Source: Tetramitus jugosus (Eukaryota > Protista > Heterolobosea). Taken from it: a DNA stretch of 64,000 nt. Below, in pieces: positions 33,225 through 45,793 of the stretch; within the stretch, counting starts at the first letter, position 1; each line of letters starts with the position of its first letter. The notes under the pieces are model-generated. The model made no database searches. It was given only the letters and a program-made list of their open reading frames with translations, and was not told the origin of the DNA. The translations under genes were made by a program, and so were the position numbers. The DNA is taken from contig OW569356.1 in assembly GCA_937625935.1 (NCBI GenBank), forward strand, positions 310,001 through 374,000. The letters are read 5' to 3'.

Positions 33225-36200
33225 ATGTCGTCAAGCTCTGGTTCTGCAGGAGGCAAACGTATGTTCTCCAACACTAACAAGAGAAGTGAAATCAGTGAAT
33301 GGAAGGCATTGTTGAACAATGACAAAGAAGCAACACGAAAGGAAGCAGTGAAAAAAGTGATTGCTGCCATGACCGTTGGAAAGGACGTTAGCTCTTTGTT
33401 TTCTGATGTGATCAAATGTGTACAAACAAACAATATCGAAATGAAGAAGCTCGTATATCTTTACATTATGAATTATGCGAAGACAAAACCAGAATTAGCA
33501 ATTTTGGCTGTCAATACTTTTGAGAAGGTATGTTCAGTGAACGAGTGATGATCTGCGATCAGTAGACATTGTGTTTTGTTTTTGGGCAATCCATCATGAT
33601 GATCACGGATCATGATTTTTTTTTTCAGTGATGAGCCATTTGTCAAGATAACTAACAATCACTTGTTTTTTTCCCCTATTTTTTTTGTGATTGATGACGA
33701 TTCTATAGGACTCTACTCATCCAAATCCATTGATTCGTGGTTTGGCCGTGAGAACAATGGGCTGCATCCGTGTAGATAGAATTGTAGAATACTTGGCTGA
33801 ACCATTGAGAAGATCTGTTAAGGACAAGGATCCTTATGTAAGAAAAACAGCAGCTGTTGCCATTGCAAAATTATTTGATTTGAATAAGCAAATGGCTATT
33901 GATCAAGGATTCGTCGAGTGTCTCGAAGAGTTGTTGACTGATGACAATCCTATGGTTGTTGCCAATGCTGTTAAATCACTCTCCGAAATTGCTGAAAACT
34001 GTGAAGAAGTTGAATTGACCTTTAATCCAACCACTGTCAAGTCACTATTGGCTGCTTTGAATGATTGCACAGAGTATGTCGTTGCTGTTGCGGGTATTTT
34101 TGTGACAAGAGTACCTTTTTTTTGTGCGTCAGTGTGTGAGAATCACTTTTTTAACACGTGTTGCCATCATTTTGTTTCTCTCTGTATAATAGATGGGGTC
34201 AAGTCTTTATTCTCGATGCTATGGCCACCTATGATCCAACTGATGAGAAGGAAGCCGCCAATATCGCAGAAAGAGTTACCCCTAGACTTCAACATGCCAA
34301 CTCTGCTGTTGTCTTGTCAGCTGTCAAGGTGATCACCAGATGTATGGACGTGATGAACAACGAAAATGAAGTCAGACAATTGTCAAAGAAGATGGCTGCT
34401 CCACTTGTCACTTTGTTGAGTGCCGAACCAGAAATTCAATATGTTGCACTGCGTAATATTGACATTATTGTACAAAAGTATCCAAATATTTTGTCAAGAG
34501 ATGTGAAGATGTTCTTCTGTAAATACAAGGATCCAATTTATGTCAAGTTGGAGAAGTTGGAAATTATGATCAAGTTGACCGTGGAAGAAAATATTGATGC
34601 TGTTTTGATGGAATTTAAGGAATACGCAACTGAAATTGATGTTGAGTTTGTCAGAAGATCCGTCCGTGCTATTGGCAGATGTGCCATCAAGTTGGAGAGA
34701 GCTGCACAGAGATGCATTGATGTCTTACTTGAGTTGATTAAGACTAAAGTGAATTATGTTGTGCAAGAAGCCATTATTGTCATTAAGGATATCTTCAGAA
34801 AGTATCCAAACAGATACGAGAAAATTATTGGTCAATTGTGCGAGAATTTGGACACCTTGGACGAACCTGAAGCCAAGGCATCAATGATTTGGATTATTGG
34901 TGAGTATGCTTCTCGTATTGAGGGTGCTGATGAGTTGTTGGAAGTGTTTGTTGATACTTTCCATGATGAAACTGTTCAAGTTCAATTGCAACTCTTGACT
35001 GCAACTATGAAGCTCTTCTTGACCAATCCAACTCCTCACACCAAGGAACTTGTCACACAAGTTTTGACTCTTTCCACTGAGGAGAGTGACAATCCAGATC
35101 TTCGTGATAGAGGTTATGTCTACTGGAGATTGCTATCTGCTGATCCTCAGGCAGCCAACACTGTTGTCCTTGCTGAGAAGCCAGTGATTAATGATGATTC
35201 TACCACCTTGTCCGACAAGATGTTGGTCGAGTTGGTGGACCACATTGGCACTCTCGCCTCTGTTTACCATAAGCCTCCAGAGCTTTTCGTGCCAGAATAT
35301 GCCAAGACCAAGAAGGAGAGATACATACCATCAGCTGAAGTTGATGAAGACGATGAAGAAGATGGCGTTTATGAGAGCTCCAGCGGTGATGTTGATATGT
35401 TAGGTTTTGGAAATGAACAAGCAACCAGGAGCGTTCCTTCCCAAATGGAAACTGAAGATTTGGGATTGGATGACTTCCTTGGAGGTCCTTCCCAAACCCA
35501 ACAACGATCAGCACCTAGACCACAACAAGCCTCAATGAGCATTCCACCTAGATCTGTTAACAAGGCTCTGGTCTTGACTGCAGACAAGGGTAAGGGTGTC
35601 CAAGTTCTTGGTTGTGTCACCAGAACACCAGCTGAGGAAATTATCTACGAGCTGACCTTTGAGAACAGAGGTCAAGATGTTCAACAGAATCTTGCTGTCA
35701 TGTTCAACAAGAATGCTTTCGGTCTTGCACCAAGCAGGCTTCAAGTCCCACCATTGACTCCAGGTTCTAGTTTTGAGACCAAGCTACCATTGGGCATCAA
35801 CCCTGCTCAAGTCGCACCAAAGAATGATACTATTTTGCAAGTTGCTTTGAAGACCGTCAATGGTGTTGTGTATTGGCAAGATCAGTTCGATTTCACTGTT
35901 TTGTTGAAGAAGAGCGGAAAGGTGTCAGAGGATGAATTCCTTGGAATCTGGGGAAGTTTGCCAGAAGAATCCGAGTTCACTTCTCAATTCAACAACTTGA
36001 TTACCTCAAATGAGGAAGCTTTGAAGGTCAAGTTGGCTACTCACAATGTATTCTATGTTGCAAAGCAAGATGTTCCTGAGGACAAATCTACAAACTTGTA
36101 CTTCTCAGCAAAGATTGATCGCAACAATGAAGAGTTTATCGTTGTGTCCGAGTTGGTTGTTTCTCGCAACAATCCAAATGCATGCACCTTCTCTGTAAGA

Positions 36201-36263
36201 TGTGCTGATCAATCCATCGCCCCACTTTTCGTCCAAGCTGTCCAAAAGATACTAACAGCTTAA
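33225..36263 (+). CDS. AP1B1: AP-1/AP-2 complex beta subunit (beta-adaptin); 3 exons, introns 33528-33708 and 34074-34192
   Basis: [60 protein letters not shown], and a C-terminal appendage domain. Confidence 0.95.
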
Positions 36264-36300
36264 GCTGCTATTTAATTTGCATAAAAAAAAGAACAACAAT

Positions 36301-39084
36301 TTATAAACCAACTTTCTTGAGTTCTCCTTCAACATCTTTCAGTGTTTCAACGAGCTTTGTGTAATCTCCAGTTGACTTGAGAGGTTCTTCTAGAGCAGCA
36401 CGAGAAATGATGGGTTTCAAACAGATGATGGCTTGGGATAAATAGTGGTGGACGCTGCAATAAGGGTCATCAATTTCGATAGTATCAGGCAGATCAGCAA
36501 TAGCACCAGCAGTTCGCAGCTGGGAATTGACCAATCTATGAGCTCCATCACACACGGATTGGAACTTACCTACTTCCTTGTCCCATCCAGCAACCTGAAG
36601 TGCTCTCAAGTATTTTTCGTTCATCGTCACTAACTTTTGCATGAATTCAACATATTTCTTCTTATCTGTTTCTTCGACAATCGCAGAGGACACATCATAG
36701 TATAGAGAATAAGCGTACCATACACCAGGATTCATGGAGATGCGAGAGGAGATTTTTTCTAATGTCTCTTCAATCTTCTCACGAAGAGGCAATGAATAGT
36801 TAATGTTTGCGAGAGCAATCTGATAGTATGCCTTAATAATCAAAACCATGATCTTTAGGTCAATGTTCTTGTCCAACTTCAAGTCAACCAAACGATTAAT
36901 GGCATGGCATGCATTCTGATATTCCTTCAAATCAATAGAAATGACTAGATAATTCTCCCAGATCTTCCAACTGTCATACTTGTGCTTCAATGCAACCTGC
37001 AAGGCAGAGTATGCCTTTTCCTTGTTGTTCAATCTCATATGGCAGGACGCCAAGTTACTCCATGCTTCACCATCATCTGGTTCGATCTGAATGGTTCTTG
37101 TGAAGGCATTTAGGGCCTTGTCCCACTTGTCAGTCTTCATGCAACTGCAACCAAGAGTGAACCAGGTGGCTGGATACAGTGGACTGAGATCCAATGATTG
37201 CTCAAACGGTTCAATTGCTTCTTCAAATCTCTGATGTCTCACGTGATAGTTTCCAATGGATCTCTTGGCTCTTGAGAAACGATGGTTGGACACCTCCCAT
37301 GCTCTCTCATAATAATCCAACACAGATTCTAGTTCAAACTCCTTGAATTCTTCTCCAGTGTCCATGGCCTTACGGTTATGTTCGTTCTGCTTCAAATCAC
37401 CAAGGACACACCACAGCAATGCATGAGTAGGCTCTTCCTTCACTCGACGCAGAGCAGTCTTCTTTGCCTTATTCTCCTTGTCCATGAGAATATAACACCT
37501 GATAATCTCGTCCCACATGTCCAACTTTTCATACACTTGAAGAGCACTCATAGCAGCACCCAAGCTAATGAATCGATCACCTAGTTCTCTATTCAATTCG
37601 AACAGAGGTGGGAATGGGAGACAGTACAGATAGTTCATTCTGACAGCAACACCAGGTTCAGCATCTTTGAATTGATCTGCTAGGACTTGCAATTGAAGAA
37701 CAGATCTCTCTGCAGTTCTCGATTTTTCACTCTCCAATCTACTCTTCAACAGCAGGCACGTAGAGTACACCATCCAATTCTTTGGTTCCTCCTGCACCTT
37801 GTTCACATACGGGAACATTTCTTCTGTTGTCAATCCGTCTTTTGGATTATTGTTCTTGACATCAATGCACATGCACAAAATAATGGCTTGATCAATGATT
37901 CTCAAGCTTTCATCCCCGTTATCACGTGCTTCCTTGCCCTCGTCGTCACTATCATCGTCATCCTCAACACTTTCGAGTTCCATTCTTGGCAACAACTCGC
38001 ACTCTTCATACAGTTGAACTTCTTGAGGCAATTGTTCGTCATTGGCTTCGATACTCACCTCTGGTGCCTTTCTGCTCTTTGCCAACAGAATCAATTGAGC
38101 CTTCTTTGTAGTTTGGAATTTGGTACGTACACCCATAGCTCCACTCAATTTTGTCCACAATTTGGTCGCCTTTTTCGCTTGACCAAACACCGCTCTTGCC
38201 TCTCTCGACTGGTAATACAAGTGACACATGAGACCCTTTTCCAACAACAATCGTGCGTCCAATTCACCTGATTTGACACCAGAGTTGGCAAACACTGGCA
38301 CCAACGTTTCCAAGCACTCCAAACAATGACTCTTCAACGTCTGGACCATGTGAGTCAAAATTTGTTGATGCACCACTGCACTTCTCATACTCCACCAATT
38401 GAACGTTGTGAGTACCTTGTTGTGTCTCTCTTTTGATGAACGCTCCGACAGAAACATCTTGGCCAACACGAGATAGTGAGGTACAATTGTCTTTGAATAT
38501 GCAAGTTCACCTTCAATGGATAACTGATCAATGGCATCTCGTTGAACCAATAGAGTCGTCACATCATTTGCAACAAGTGATGGAAAGAGACAGGTGGGCA
38601 ATGATTCAATCACAGGACCAGTCCAATTGCTCTGAACAAAAATGTTCAAACAGAGTGCACCACAAAGCATGATGAGCCATGATCGAAGCACACTATTGGA
38701 TGTTGATGTCGATGTCGATGATGATGATGATGATGTGGACAAGAATTGAGAGAGATCACTGGACAATTGTTTGTATTGTTCAGTCAACAGTGCGGCAGGT
38801 GGGGTTGCATTTGTCGCCGTCGTAGATTTGTTGTCGGAGAAAACGGAGAAAACAGAGGAGAATTGAGAAAAGGTGGATTGGAGACTGTTGAGGTAGTTTC
38901 CAGTGGTGAGGTCATGACTCATTTGAAGACATTGCTTCAACAACAATGTTGTTTCTTCATCTCCTTCGTTATTGTTGTTCAAATTGAGAATCGCTTCGTA
39001 GATGGGTTGAGTTTCGTTGAGAATGGTGTGGATCTGGATACGACGAATGAGGTCATCATGATTCTCGACATTGTTTGTTGACAT
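36301..39084 (-). CDS. TTC27: TTC27/EMW1 TPR protein
   Basis: FVQSNWTGP, LSGAMGVRTKFQ, NWMVYSTCLLLKSRLE...RTAERSVLQLQVL, and TPRs with EAWSNLA. Confidence 0.88.
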   Translation of the reverse strand: MSTNNVENHDDLIRRIQIHTILNETQPIYEAILNLNNNNEGDEETTLLLKQCLQMSHDLTTGNYLNSLQSTFSQFSSVFSVFSDNKSTTATNATPPAALLTEQYKQLSSDLSQFLSTSSSSSSTSTSTSNSVLRSWLIMLCGALCLNIFVQSNWTGPVIESLPTCLFPSLVANDVTTLLVQRDAIDQLSIEGELAYSKTIVPHYLVLAKMFLSERSSKERHNKVLTTFNWWSMRSAVVHQQILTHMVQTLKSHCLECLETLVPVFANSGVKSGELDARLLLEKGLMCHLYYQSREARAVFGQAKKATKLWTKLSGAMGVRTKFQTTKKAQLILLAKSRKAPEVSIEANDEQLPQEVQLYEECELLPRMELESVEDDDDSDDEGKEARDNGDESLRIIDQAIILCMCIDVKNNNPKDGLTTEEMFPYVNKVQEEPKNWMVYSTCLLLKSRLESEKSRTAERSVLQLQVLADQFKDAEPGVAVRMNYLYCLPFPPLFELNRELGDRFISLGAAMSALQVYEKLDMWDEIIRCYILMDKENKAKKTALRRVKEEPTHALLWCVLGDLKQNEHNRKAMDTGEEFKEFELESVLDYYERAWEVSNHRFSRAKRSIGNYHVRHQRFEEAIEPFEQSLDLSPLYPATWFTLGCSCMKTDKWDKALNAFTRTIQIEPDDGEAWSNLASCHMRLNNKEKAYSALQVALKHKYDSWKIWENYLVISIDLKEYQNACHAINRLVDLKLDKNIDLKIMVLIIKAYYQIALANINYSLPLREKIEETLEKISSRISMNPGVWYAYSLYYDVSSAIVEETDKKKYVEFMQKLVTMNEKYLRALQVAGWDKEVGKFQSVCDGAHRLVNSQLRTAGAIADLPDTIEIDDPYCSVHHYLSQAIICLKPIISRAALEEPLKSTGDYTKLVETLKDVEGELKKVGL

Positions 39085-39447
39085 GTTGGGTAACTGTTGT
39101 TGATGTTGTTTTTTTGTCAACAAGTGAGTGGAGCCAAAGAGGGGAAATGCTCAGTGAATTTGTGCGCGTTTTCACACTTCAATTGAGTAGTTGAAGAGGG
39201 CAAAATTTCCGAAACGGAATGTCAGTCCGCAAGCTTGCGAGTTGTTGCTACGCCAGAACGATGGCAAGTGTTGTGGTAAACATTTTCATTGATGGACTTT
39301 GGAATGGGTTCTCATGCAACCAGAATCAAAAATAGTTCAATTTTTGGCTGTTTTTTTTGAGTTATCAGATGCGTCTTCTATTCAGATCATTCTGGAAAAA
39401 CAGAGGAAGATACAACCACTAAAATACAACTCCAAGTTACTCACGGA

Positions 39448-41684
39448 ATGAACCTTAAAACAAAATCAAAACTCGATGTTGTATCTGATTCACTTCGAAT
39501 ATCAAAGGATGATATTCTAGCGTATGGTGATGTGAAACTGTATGTCTATTTCAAGGACGAAGCACAAAAGGTAAGGCAGCAACATTGTCTTTTCTATTGA
39601 TTGACAAATGATTTTTCTTAACCTTTTGGTCAACTTGATTCATTTTTGTTACTTTTTAGGGTTGGCAAGATGCGAACATTACGGGTACAGCATCTGTTCA
39701 CTTGTCTAAATCCATACCAAACGCCATTTCACTTACTATTACAAATCAAATGACAAGACAACTCGTCTTCAGATGTCGATCTCTGGAAGGATGGAAGAAA
39801 CAGTACGATTATTGGTATTCGTTCGATATGAGATCGGAGCCTGCGTGTCCCTATCTTGCAAGCTTGAGTTTTCTCGTTGATGAAGAGGGAGTTCGCTTCG
39901 ATAGTATCGTGTCCGATTTGAGAGCAAACTTAAGAGTGAACAAGGAGAGGAGCAGACATTCTCTGCCTCCGGCAAAACTGACTGCTCCCCACAACGGGAA
40001 TCATCGTCTATCAGTAGGATCTCGCTCTCCAGGTCAAGCGTCTCCTCGTCTTTCATCTGATTCTCCTGTTAATATCAGCAGAAAGGGCAAGTTCAGATCA
40101 AAGATCAGTAATCTTTTTCATCATGACAAGCCGCAGTCTCCATTGCATTCCTCACCCAGAGTTCGTCCCAGTGTCTCCTCAGCAACAAACTTCAACCATG
40201 TCACTGAATACAATAGAACTGGAACCATTGATATGAATCAGTTGCCAATCGGTTGGAAGAAGGTGCTGGCAGATGCTGGTTTGACAGAAGAAGATTTGAA
40301 GGATCCTAAAACGGCCAGATTTGTCATGAAGAGTATTGGTCTTCTGTCACAACAACAGAACCAACAACAAAGGCAAAATCGACAGTCTGTCCAAGGAACA
40401 GGCAACGTAACAATCAAGCGAACTACTTCAACCTTAGAGTCGAGGAAATCTGCGGAAAGGAAACAAGACACAAAACCAACATCGAAGCCTAGTCAGAGAG
40501 AAGCCTCAACTTCAGCCATGAGAGCTTCTCCATCACAAAAACCTGCTGTATCGGTACCAGCCTACGTCGAAGCTCCACTCCTTGATTTCTCTAGCATCGC
40601 TCAAGAAAGCAACCCGCCAAAGATTGACACAGCAACTTCACATATGACACTAGCTCCGCAGAGCCACATACAATCGGTTCCTAATCCATTTGATTTTCCA
40701 GAGGATAGCTTCGAGCCTGATTTTTCTCATTTTGATGTTCAAGAGGACCAATCCGTTATTAATATTCAACCGAACCAACCTTCCCAACAGCATTACTCAC
40801 CAGTTTCTTCTTCCTTCATTGCCAAAGGAAAACAAAGAGCGACTCTAACTCCAGTGGCTAATGTTGCCCTGAACGAGACCCAGTCAGATGCATTTATCGC
40901 TCAACAGTTGCAACAAGAATATGATATGGAACAGAAGAACATCGAGAGAGATGAACAATTGGCACGGGAGTTACAATACAACAATGAGACCTCTGTAACT
41001 CCCGCTTCAAACTACATCAATCAACCAACTATCAATATGAGCAGCGTTCGATCTCCTCCAATGAGTTCTTCGATCGAACCAAACACGGGACAATTTATGA
41101 ACAGAAATGAATCGCCATTCCTATCCCAGAAATCAAGAGCATCACCAATTATTCATAATCAAGAGTACTATAACAACCCGATGCCTGCAAGTAGTGGTGT
41201 TACCTCTCCACGAGTGAGAGGACCTTCTCCTGTTCGTACTTCTGAGATAGTAACTACTCAAGCACAACCAATTCCTGTGCCCCCTCCATTCCCTGGAATG
41301 ATGCCAACTCAAAACTTGAATGAACCAGCTCCGGTTGGAACAGCTGCCCCTTCACTTGAAGAAGCTTTACAAAAGGTTCAACTTCGACCAACATCTAAAA
41401 CTTCTTTCGAACCACCAATATCTGAGCTCAGGGAACAAGAAGAATCGGAGAGTACCAAAGAACCCACTTCTCTCCTACTGCAAGAGATTCTGCAATGTAA
41501 ATTGAAACATGTCGCAGATGATATCCCTCCAGAGATTCATGAGGAGGATGTTGATACTTTTGCCACTAGTCTCGCCAACCTAATCCAAGCAAGAAGAGGT
41601 GCCATTAATGGAGAAGAAGAATCAAGTGATGAAGAATCTGAAAGCCCAGAGAGTTCAGATGAGGAAGATAATGATTGGCTGTAG
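39448..41684 (+). CDS. WASP-family actin nucleation-promoting factor (WH1-like, GBD-like, 2 WH2, central and acidic regions); intron 39571-39659
   Basis: N-terminal VKLYVY...W...G pattern; NFNHV...LPIGWKKVLADAGLTEEDLKD; WH2-like LQKVQLRPT and ILQCKLKHV; LANLIQARRGAI; acidic tail ending EEDNDWL. Confidence 0.8.
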
Positions 41685-41862
41685 TCATGATCCATTCCTC
41701 CAGTTGAGAGCTAGCTGAACCTACTCGGTGTCAATTTCATTGCATCAGATGGTTGTGCAATCTCAACCTGGCACAAAAAAAAGAAAATTGAACTTCACAC
41801 ACCAAATTCACCGAACAACAACAAAATCAATAAACAATAACAATAAGAAACAAGCAAACGAA

Positions 41863-43148
41863 ATGACAGACACACCAATAACAACAACAACCACGAGCGC
41901 AGCAGCACCAACACACAAAAACACGTGCTCCAACTGCAAAGTCAACCGCGCACAACTCAAGCGACCCAAAGACTCTTCACTCATTTGCAAGGAATGTTTC
42001 TTTGAATTGTTTGAGACTGAAATTCATGAAACCATCATCTCTACACAACTGTTCAAGAGGGGAGAAAAAGTAGCCATCGCAGCAAGTGGTGGAAAAGACA
42101 GTACAGTTCTCGCACACATCATGACACTGCTCAACCAGCGATACGACTATGGATTGGACTTGTTTTTGTTGAGTGTAGATGAAGGAATTGTAGGATACAG
42201 AGATGACTCGTTGGAAACTGTCAAGAGAAATGAGAAACAGTACAGTTGTCCATTGAAAATTGTGAGCTACAAGGAATTGTATGGTTGGACAATGGATGAG
42301 ATTGTGAGACAGGTGGGATTGAAGAACAATTGTACGTTTTGTGGTGTTTTTAGAAGACAGGCACTGGATAGAGGTTGTGACTTACTGAAGGTGGACAAGA
42401 TGGTGACTGGTCATAATGCAGATGATATTGCTGAGACTGTGTTGATGAACAGTATGTATTTCAAAATTCGTGTTGTGTGATTTTTTTTGTTCTTGTGGCG
42501 CCACAGGAGAGACTGTAAAGAAAATGGCGCCAATAAGAGCATACAAAACTAACTGTGCTTTGTTTTGACTGTTGTTGTTGATTTTGTATAGTTTTGAGAG
42601 GAGATATCGCTCGTTTGCAAAGATGTTTCTCTATTATTACACACGATGAGAATGGAGGTGACATACCAAGAGCAAAGCCATTCAAATACACGTATGAGAA
42701 GGAAATTGTCATGTATGCTTATTTCAAGAAGCTTGATTACTTTTCAACAGAGTGCATCTATGCCCCGAATGCCTACAGAGGGTTTGCTAGAGAGTTGATC
42801 AAGGAGTTGGAACGTGTGAGGCCACAGACCATTTTGGACATAATTCTATCTGCTGAAACGTTTAAATTTAAGACACAAGAGATTAAGAAGCAAGTGTTGA
42901 CAAGGTGCGAACGATGCAACTATATTAGCAGTCAAAAGATGTGTAGGGCTTGTGTTTTCTTGGAAGGATTGAATAGAGGTACAGCTAAAGTTGCACTCTA
43001 CGAGACGCATGGCGTCGTAAAGAACAACAAGAAGAAATTTGTTGAGAATATGGAGAAGCCAACTGATATCCCAGCAGACAATGTTGATATTGTCCAGAAG
43101 GAAGATCCAGAAAAGCGAAAGAAGGCATTGGAGTCTCTGAATTGGTAA
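41863..43148 (+). CDS. CTU1: Cytoplasmic tRNA 2-thiolation protein 1; intron 42452-42591
   Basis: [13 protein letters not shown]-loop, [52 protein letters not shown]. Confidence 0.96.
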
Positions 43149-43374
43149 CAGTTGTAAGTAATAAAATTGTTTTATGCTCACCCAAACAATTGTTGTCTTT
43201 ATCATTTGAGATTACTAATCGATCTGAACACTCAATCAGCCAAGTACCAGTTGGATGAGAAGTGATTTCTTTTAATTCACATTGAGTGGTCAAGAGCTCA
43301 CCGGCGTAATTTTGATCCGACTACGTAAAAACGGTCGCATCCGAAATCAAGCATCAGCAAAGACACGATTGGAA

Positions 43375-45700
43375 ATGGTTACACGTAAAACTGTTTCTCT
43401 TGCGCAAGAGATCCTACCAAAAGAGTTTCTGCATCCAGGCGAGTGTCAAGATCAAGGGAATGGCTCAGACTCTACAGAAGATGACGAAGTTGAGATACAA
43501 TTAACCCCTAGATCATGTACTGCCTGCGAAATGCAAGGAATTATGCCAGAAGAGTTAGTTTATCTTCCCATGTCAAATTTCAAAAAGAAGGGATTAATGA
43601 AAGAGCAGATTATAATGAGGTATAACCACCATGAATCCCGAAGAAGAGGTGAGTAAACATCTATTTCATGTGAGATGAAGCAAACAGAGTATTAATAACG
43701 AAACAGAGAAACTCAACACTGTTGTTGAACAGAGAAAAAAGTTAGCAACTTCTCAGTATGACTCGCCCATTTCAGTCAGATCATCATCCCCTCTGACCCC
43801 TGCCAAAACTCATGAGAAACAAATTTTTGAAAAGATCAAACAGAAACAAAGAGAAGAAATAGAATCCTATATCGAGTATGAGCTTCGTCTAGCAGAAATA
43901 CACCAAGAGAACGAGAGAAGGCAGGAGATTCAAGCTGAAAAAGAAAGAAGAAGATTAGAGGAATTAAGATCAAAGCGAGCCATGGAGGAGAGCGAGAGAG
44001 AATTTCGGCGAGAGAAGAGAGAAATGGCAGATGATGCTATCAGGAGAGCTCAAGAGAAGAGAATTGTAGAATTGCAGGAAAAGGGCAGACAGAGAGAGGA
44101 AATAGAGACAATTAGAGAGAGAGATAGACTACGAATGCTCGAACAAAAAGAGGAATTGTTGAGAGAGAGAGCAGAAGCCAGAGAAGAGAAGATTAGACAA
44201 ATCCAGCAAGAACAACAAGAGTTGCGGATACAACAAAAGATGAATGCTGAAAAGAAGGAAGTGATACGGAGTCAACTTATCGAGAAAGCAAGAATCGAGA
44301 ATGAACAGGCGCAATCCATGCGGCAATTAAAAAACCAAACGAGATACGGAATACAATCATCAAATTTGAAGGAATTAGAAGAGAAGAAACGATTGGAAAT
44401 CCTGGAAAGACAAAAGTTAGTGGAGAAGAAAAAACAACAAATTGAAATGGAAAGAGAAAAGTGGTTAGAAGAAAGCAAAGTTAGAGCAGCTGAAAGAGAG
44501 ATGACAATTAGGAGGGTGTTAGATTTCAACAGGACTCTAGAGGAGGAAAGAATTGCAGGGATTTTGAAAAAGAATGAAGAAACAGAGAAGCGTTTATTCG
44601 AACTGCAACTTCAAAAGGAAAAAGATCTCGAGAGAAAGAGACTAGAAGAAGAAGAGAAAGAGGCTAAAAGAGCATTGACTATTCAACGAGCAGAAGAATT
44701 GGAACTGGCGAGAAAAGAAGCTTTACTAGAGAGACAATTTAACGACGAAGAAGCACTGCGTCGACAAAAGGAGTTACTGAGGAAACAGTTCGAATTAAAA
44801 CAAGAAGAAAGAAGACTAAGAGAACAAGAGAAGAAAGAGAATGTTGAAAGATTAAAGAGAATTGAGGATTTCCGACGTAGTAAACAACTAGAAAAGATAA
44901 GGCAAGAGGATGAAAGATTGGTTCAACAGAGAAAGCAAAGAGAATTGGAGATTAACGAGTTAAGTAGACTTCGTACCGAAACATCAATGCAGCGGACGAA
45001 AATTCGAGAATTGTTAGAACGAATGAGAATTACAAAATCATTTGATGTTACAGAATTGAACAAGTTACTTGGGTCTGATTCCTCCTATGTGATGGAACGA
45101 CTGAAGAATCCTCGACCTAGTTCCTCACACTCCTCACACTCTCTGCCTTCTAGAGTAAGCAGTCCTTCATTGTATCGCCAATCCCCATCGAGGAGTCCGA
45201 GTCGGAATAGTGTCAGGTCTCAATCTCCTACAGGAGCTCTAAAAAGGTCCAAATCTGCCAATAGATCCATAAGCCGAGACAACGGGGCATTTTCTCCCAG
45301 TCGACTCTCACGCAGTTCTACTCCCACCTTCTCATCAAAATCGCATTTACCAAGTAAATTCCACGGCAGAGTCGTAGATAAAAAGGAAAAGCTTGGTAGA
45401 ACATCAGCCCTGGACAGATCAAGAACAGATTTTTCTCACACGATCGACTTGGAAGATACAATATATGAATACCGCCAAAGGCAGAATGATGAGTTGCTTG
45501 AAGCATTGAAGGAAGAAAGAGAAAGAGAACTAGAAAGAGAGAAGTCCCTGAACACCATGACATCTGAGCAACTTCATCACATGAATGAAAGGTTCAAGAG
45601 GGAACGGGAGGCTGCCAATGCAAAGATTATCGAAATGGTTCATGATCAAGATGAACAACTCTCCACAATTTTGAATCACCACCACTCCATCCAGCCCTGA
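43375..45700 (+). CDS. Long E/R/K-rich coiled-coil protein (trichohyalin-like, possibly flagellar or cytoskeletal); intron 43649-43706
   Basis: A phase-1 GT-AG intron joins exon 1 (TPRSCTACEMQGIMPEELVY...RYNHHESRRR) in frame to the 572-aa charged coiled-coil ORF. Confidence 0.7.
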
Positions 45701-45793
45701 CCTGTTCGACTTTGATCTGTCAGATTTCGTAGCTCGAATAATAAATTATACAATTCTCCGAGAACAAACAGAAGTTCGTAGACGAATTAAGAG

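Noticed and set aside
33544-33640. Box C/D snoRNA in beta-adaptin intron 1 (several RTGATGA)
   Set aside because: No downstream CTGA D box within the intron.
39219-39369. Extra upstream exon for the WASP-like gene
   Set aside because: The available donor and acceptor are out of phase and lead to stop codons, so the ATG at 39448 is preferred.
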